Assembly (NCBI GenBank): GCA_965200245.1
Contig: CBDATS010000015.1
Location: forward strand, 320,001-384,000
DNA length: 64,000 nucleotides
From: a bacterium
GTDB lineage: Bacteria; UBA8248
Reading direction: 5' to 3'
The position numbers and the translations under genes are program-made. The notes below the pieces were generated by a model that saw only the letters and a program-made list of their open reading frames with translations, was not told the origin of the DNA and did not search any database. Below, in pieces: positions 59,327 through 64,000 of this stretch; position 1 is the first letter of the stretch, and the number at the start of each line of letters is the position of its first letter.

Positions 59327-60246
59327 CGTATATCTCTCAGTATCTCCGCCCCGCCGCTTGAGAAAACGTCTTCAGCCAGATCTTCCGCCAGGCGCACCGC
59401 GTCCTCGGGTGTGCCCACCCGCTCTTTTTCCACCATCCGCCCGCCGCAGGTGCTCGACAGGCGGGCTTTAATGCGAAAACCGCTTTTTCGAATCTCGGCG
59501 AACACGGCCAGAGGCAACTGACAACCTCCCTCAAGGCGCGCCATCACAACCCGCTCGGCCATGACAGCCCGTTTCGTTTCAGGATGCTCAAGCTCCCCGA
59601 CGAGGCGGCGTGTCGCTGCATCATTGGCTCTCGTCTCGATGGCGAGCGCGCCCTGCCCAGCGGCGGGGAGCATGAGTTCTGGTGCGAGCGATTCGCTCGC
59701 CCGTTCCTCAAATCCCAATCGCTTGAGACCCGCCAGCGCGAGAACAGCGGCTTCCACCTCTCCCGACGCCACTTTTGCGAGGCGCGTGTCCACGTTTCCG
59801 CGAAGTTCCACGATATCAAGGTCGCCCCGATAGCGCTTTATCTGCGTGATTCGCCTCAAACTGCTCGTCCCGATTCTGCTACCCGGCGCAAGGCCGCGCA
59901 CCGATTCCCCGTTTCGCGAAACCAGGGCGTCCCATGGTTCTTCCCTTTCGGGTATCGAGGCCAAGATGAGGCCTTCGGGCAATTCGCTGGGCAGGTCCTT
60001 CAGACTGTGGACGGCAGCGTCGATTTCGCCTTGCAACAAGGCATCTTCAATTTCTTTGACGAAAAGACCTTTGCCGCCCAATTCGTGAATCGGGGACCCG
60101 AGCATGGTATCTCCCCTCGTGCGGAGGATCACCTCCTCCACGACGAGGTCCGAATTCAACGCCTTGAGCCGCGTAGCTATTCCCGCCGTCTGCGCGCGCG
60201 CCAGCGCGCTGCCCCGTGTGCCAAGGCGCAGCGTGTAATTCACCAT
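59323..60246 (-). CDS. hemC: Hydroxymethylbilane synthase
   Basis: GTRGSALA, GKGLFVKE, VHSLKD, GTSSLRR, RGNV.TRL, GGCQ.P. Confidence 0.98.
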   Translation of the reverse strand: MVNYTLRLGTRGSALARAQTAGIATRLKALNSDLVVEEVILRTRGDTMLGSPIHELGGKGLFVKEIEDALLQGEIDAAVHSLKDLPSELPEGLILASIPEREEPWDALVSRNGESVRGLAPGSRIGTSSLRRITQIKRYRGDLDIVELRGNVDTRLAKVASGEVEAAVLALAGLKRLGFEERASESLAPELMLPAAGQGALAIETRANDAATRRLVGELEHPETKRAVMAERVVMARLEGGCQLPLAVFAEIRKSGFRIKARLSSTCGGRMVEKERVGTPEDAVRLAEDLAEDVFSSGGAEILRDIR

Positions 60247-61557
60247 TCAGTCCGGCTCATTCGTCAGCACGTCGGGCGAGCCTTCATCACCCGCGGGCTT
60301 CACACCGAAGAGTTTCTGAACGGATTCAACCGAAATGCCCTCTACGTCCTCTTCCGCCATTTCGCGCAGGACAGCGAAAGGATGATGAAGCAACTTGTTG
60401 ACAAGCGCCTTCGTCATGGCGTCGAGTGCTTCGCGGCCATCCGCACCCAGTTCGGGCAGGCGGGAAAAAGTTTTTTCGACTTCCGCCTCGCGCATCGATT
60501 CCGCGTAAAAGCGTATCGCCGCGAAGGTGTGCCTGAGTTCCTCCGCCTTCTGAAGAGCGAGATAGGCCTGCACCTCGCTTTCAAGTATCGCGCGCGCATC
60601 ACGGGCCACCACTTCCCGGTTGCGCAGGTTGTCCGCCGCAACGGACTGGAGGTCGTCCACATCGTAGAGATAGACATCTTCAAGATCGTTCACATCGAGG
60701 GCCACGTTTCTCGGTACCGCGATGTCGATGAGAAAAACTGGCGCGTCGCGGCGGCGCTCCAGAGCGGCGGCCACGGTTGGCTTATCGAGAATAAAGCCTT
60801 GCGATGCCGTCGAAGCGATGACGACATCGGCATTGATGAGAGCTTCTTCCAGATTATCAAAACTTACGGCCTGCCCCCCGAGCTTGGAAGCCAACTCCTG
60901 GGCGCGCGCGAATGTCCTGTTCGCCAAGCGGAGGGTGTCGGCCCCGCTTGCCTTGAGGTGCCGCGCCGCCGCCTCGCCCATTTCTCCCGCACCGAGCAGA
61001 AGCACATTCTTTCCCTCGAGGGAGCCAAATATCCTTTTCGCCAGATCCACAGCTACGGAACTCACCGATACGGGTGATTCTCCTATCTGCGTTTGCTCGC
61101 GAATCTTTTTCGCCACGCGAAACGCGCGGGAAAACAGGTTCGTAAGTACCTTCCCTGCATGACCCGTGGTATGGGCAACCCGGTAGGCTTCTTTTACCTG
61201 CCCCAGAATCTGCGGCTCACCCACCACCATGGAATCAAGGCTCGACGCCACGGTGAAAAGGTGACGTGTGGCATCGTCTTCCCGGTGAACGTAGAGGTGG
61301 GTGCTCAACTCTTCCGCACCGATGTCGCGCGATTCCAGGAAAAAGCGGTGAATCGCGTCGAGCCCCACATCGAAATCCTCCGCCGCGCTGTAGACTTCCA
61401 CACGGTTGCATGTGGAGAGGATGAGACGCTCCTCCAGGCCGCTGTAGCCTCCGAGCCAGTCAAGCCACTCCGTCATGTGGTCTTCCGGAAAATAGAGGCG
61501 TTCGCGAATACTGAGCGGCGTGTTGTGATGACTCACGCCAGCAAGAATGATGGACAT
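60247..61557 (-). CDS. hemA: Glutamyl-tRNA reductase
   Basis: STCNRVE, SLDSMVVGEPQILGQVK, GAGEMG, NRT, DIAVPR. Confidence 0.98.
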   Translation of the reverse strand: MSIILAGVSHHNTPLSIRERLYFPEDHMTEWLDWLGGYSGLEERLILSTCNRVEVYSAAEDFDVGLDAIHRFFLESRDIGAEELSTHLYVHREDDATRHLFTVASSLDSMVVGEPQILGQVKEAYRVAHTTGHAGKVLTNLFSRAFRVAKKIREQTQIGESPVSVSSVAVDLAKRIFGSLEGKNVLLLGAGEMGEAAARHLKASGADTLRLANRTFARAQELASKLGGQAVSFDNLEEALINADVVIASTASQGFILDKPTVAAALERRRDAPVFLIDIAVPRNVALDVNDLEDVYLYDVDDLQSVAADNLRNREVVARDARAILESEVQAYLALQKAEELRHTFAAIRFYAESMREAEVEKTFSRLPELGADGREALDAMTKALVNKLLHHPFAVLREMAEEDVEGISVESVQKLFGVKPAGDEGSPDVLTNEPD

Positions 61558-61572
61558 CTTCTTCCCCGCTCC

Positions 61573-62340
61573 CTAAAAATGAACCACCAGCGCGAGCAGC
61601 GCGGCGAAGAAGGCCACCATTGAGAAAACGGCAGAACGTTTTCCCTTCCAGCTTCTGGTGAGCCGGCAAACGAGCAGGAGGCCGTAGCCTCCCCAAATGA
61701 ATATGAGAGGCCAAGTGCGTACCGGATCTAGGCTCCAGTAGGCGCCGTGGCGCGATTTCGCCCGCATCGATCCGAGCAGGAGGCTCGCCGTCAGGAACGC
61801 GAAGCCGAAATAGAGAATCTTGTGATTCAAATCGTCGAGAATGTCGAGCGAGGGCAATCGATGCAGCCAGGCACTCGGCCTTCTGGATTTCAACTGCTGG
61901 GATTGCACGAGATACATGAGTGCCGAGGCGAAGAGCAGAAAGAACGCGGCCCAGCTCAGTAGTGCGAGCACTGCATGGCCTTTGAGCAGATAACCCTGCA
62001 CGGCGCTCGAACCCGCTCCCCAGACGCCGGGAAAGGCGGATGCGTATCCCTCAAGAATGAATGCCGCGGGCACGGCGAAACCACCCAGGGCAATATCGCG
62101 GTAGCGCACATAAACGATGAGATACATCAGGATGATGATCCACGCCATGCCGCTCAGCCACTGCCCCCAGCCCTCAGGTGTGTCGGAGGCGAAGCTCACC
62201 CCCAGCATGAGGGTGTGAAGCGCGAACCCTACGAGCAACGAACCGATGCCGTAGACGACGCCTGACGACCTCCCCGTAAAGAGCAGGTAGAGGTGCGTGA
62301 TCGTCGCAATGAGATAGCAGCCGATCAAGATGGCGACCAC
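61573..62340 (-). CDS. Cytochrome c assembly protein (CcsA/HemX-like)
   Basis: Multi-TM, H in TM5, LPSL..LD, G.YWS.DP tryptophan motif; heads the hem operon. Confidence 0.82.
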   Translation of the reverse strand: MVAILIGCYLIATITHLYLLFTGRSSGVVYGIGSLLVGFALHTLMLGVSFASDTPEGWGQWLSGMAWIIILMYLIVYVRYRDIALGGFAVPAAFILEGYASAFPGVWGAGSSAVQGYLLKGHAVLALLSWAAFFLLFASALMYLVQSQQLKSRRPSAWLHRLPSLDILDDLNHKILYFGFAFLTASLLLGSMRAKSRHGAYWSLDPVRTWPLIFIWGGYGLLLVCRLTRSWKGKRSAVFSMVAFFAALLALVVHF

Positions 62341-62590
62341 GGTATATTCCTCTCAGCGCAAGACCATGGTTTGCGCGTGTCTGAAACGGCCTTCTCCCTT
62401 CTCCGCCCCGGGAAAGGACGAAGAAGGCTATTTAGACCACCATTTCGGGCATTTTGCAATAATCCGGCGCGCCGCTTGGTACTTGTGTGCAGATTTCCCC
62501 CTTTCAAGTTGGCGAGCGCGGCCCGTTGCCACTATACTTGGCCGCAGATTCATCCGCCCATATATACCAGTCCGGGAGGGGCTGCACACT

Positions 62591-63526
62591 GTGATACCGC
62601 TCCCAAAGATCGACCCGCCACTCATCAACGCTAGCGGCATCCTGAGCTACCCGGAAGTTTTCGCCGCCTTCGAGAACGCTGGCGCGTGTCTTGGCGGTTA
62701 TGTCACGAAATCGGTCGGCCCCCAGGAGAAGACCGGCAACGACAACCCCGTGGTCGTATACCCCCCCGAAGGCGCGGTGCTCAATTCCCTCGCCCTGCCG
62801 ACGCAAAGCTCCGAGGACTGGGAGCGCGACCTCGAAGAAATAAAGCTCAAAAACGCGAAGCTCATCATTTCGGTCTATGGCGGGGATTCCCGTGAGTTCG
62901 CAGGCGTTACCCGGCGGATGTCGAGATTCGGCGACGCCATCGAGGTGAATCTCGGCTGTCCGAACAAGGAACCGGGCGAGCGGACCATCATGGAGAGCAT
63001 CGGCCAGAACCCCGCCTTCTCCGCCGAAGTCATCGAATGTGTCCGCGGTGAGACAGACAAACCCGTCATCGCCAAACTCTCACCCAATAGCGACTACCTA
63101 GCCGTGGCGGATTCCTGCCTGAGCGCTGGTGCGGACGCATTAGGCTGCGGAAACACCCTGGGGCCAGGTCTGGCGATGGATATTCGAAGCCGGGCGGCGA
63201 TCCTCGCGGGCACCACGGGCGGTATCAGTGGATCGGCACTCAAGCCCATCAACCTGCGCATGACGTATGAGGCCTATGCGCGCTTTCATTGCCCCATCGT
63301 CGCATATGGAGGTATCGAAACCTGGGAGGACGCTGTGGAATATATTCTCGCAGGTGCAAGCGTCCTGGGAATCGGCACCGCTTTCATGCGGAAGAACACG
63401 TACGAGGCCGCCGCCCTCACCCGGGATATCTGGGAAGGGATCCAGAACTACCTGGGAGGTGAGCCCCTGTCGGCTCTCACTGGCGCTGCGCATCGCGTGG
63501 TGAATGGGAACAGTTCCCATGCGTAG
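62591..63526 (+). CDS. pyrD: Dihydroorotate dehydrogenase family 1B catalytic subunit
   Basis: NASG, VTKS, EVNLGCPN, AKLSPN, NT, GG.SG..LKP, GGI. Confidence 0.9.
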   Translation: MIPLPKIDPPLINASGILSYPEVFAAFENAGACLGGYVTKSVGPQEKTGNDNPVVVYPPEGAVLNSLALPTQSSEDWERDLEEIKLKNAKLIISVYGGDSREFAGVTRRMSRFGDAIEVNLGCPNKEPGERTIMESIGQNPAFSAEVIECVRGETDKPVIAKLSPNSDYLAVADSCLSAGADALGCGNTLGPGLAMDIRSRAAILAGTTGGISGSALKPINLRMTYEAYARFHCPIVAYGGIETWEDAVEYILAGASVLGIGTAFMRKNTYEAAALTRDIWEGIQNYLGGEPLSALTGAAHRVVNGNSSHA

Positions 63527-64000
63527 CGTCTTCAGAGTCGTGGAAAACCGCTGCGAAAGTGAATGGACGCACACGATTTTCTTCGATCAGGAAATCGAGT
63601 CACAGCCAGGACAATTCATGATGGTCTGGCTGCCCCGTCTGGGCGAAAAACCCTTTACACTCTCTTACTCCAACGCTATTACCGTGAAAAAGGCGGGCGC
63701 GTTCACCGAAAAGCTGGCCGCTGTCGAGCCGGGAGATGAAATCGGGCTACGCGGCCCGCTCGGGAAGGGCTACCCTCCCTTGAAAAGACCCGCTCTCATC
63801 GGTGGCGGCGTGGGGATTGCGGAATTGAGACTTCTCGCCCTCGCCTCCGAGGCACCCTCATTCGTTCTGGGCGGACGCACGGCGAACGAGATTCTCTTCT
63901 ATGAGGAATTCAGGGAACTCGGTCCCGTTCACGTCGCCACAGAGGACGGCGCCTTGGGACACAGAGGGCTGGTGACGGAACTCCTGCCGATTGAGGCGGA
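63519..64000 (+). CDS. pyrK: Dihydroorotate dehydrogenase electron transfer subunit (3' truncated by window)
   Basis: Own translation from ATG 63519: PGQFMMVWLP..GEKPF, RGPLGKG, GGGVG.A, ATEDG..G..G.VT. Confidence 0.88.
   Translation, partial: MRSVFRVVENRCESEWTHTIFFDQEIESQPGQFMMVWLPRLGEKPFTLSYSNAITVKKAGAFTEKLAAVEPGDEIGLRGPLGKGYPPLKRPALIGGGVGIAELRLLALASEAPSFVLGGRTANEILFYEEFRELGPVHVATEDGALGHRGLVTELLPIEA

Noticed and set aside
1-64000. CRISPR arrays, rRNA, transposases, prophage genes
   Set aside because: None seen in the sequence or ORF track

Overview
GC-rich bacterial chromosomal segment, mostly metabolic genes. The ccsA-hemACDB order and many small catabolic enzymes suggest a Nitrospinota/Tectomicrobia/deltaproteobacteria-like organism, but this is inference only. 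In order: the end of a TctA transporter; an FGE-sulfatase-domain protein; a FadR-led three-subunit 2-oxoacid:ferredoxin oxidoreductase carrying the oxalate-oxidoreductase YPIRP signature; MFS; glnE; an M20 amidohydrolase plus CE4 deacetylase; an LVIVD protein; ygfZ; pckA-tautomerase-nitrilase; a GNAT; an orphan NHLP-leader RiPP precursor beside an AT-richer decayed stretch; tRNA-Gly(GCC); a NitT/TauT ABC cluster; a DsbA/FrnE-like gene with an in-frame TGA at the catalytic Cys (candidate selenoprotein with SECIS-like hairpin); SAM hydrolase; mtaB; coxM-S-D-E without a large subunit; a GlnR-like regulator plus GlnA2-type glutamine synthetase; cutA, meaB, acyl-CoA enzymes; a decaying defence islet (MTase-HNH remnant, broken sbcD and sbcC, DarTG1 with an apparently internally deleted toxin); hemB-D-C-A-ccsA; pyrD-pyrK. 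Family calls come from motif recognition by eye; no searches were run.
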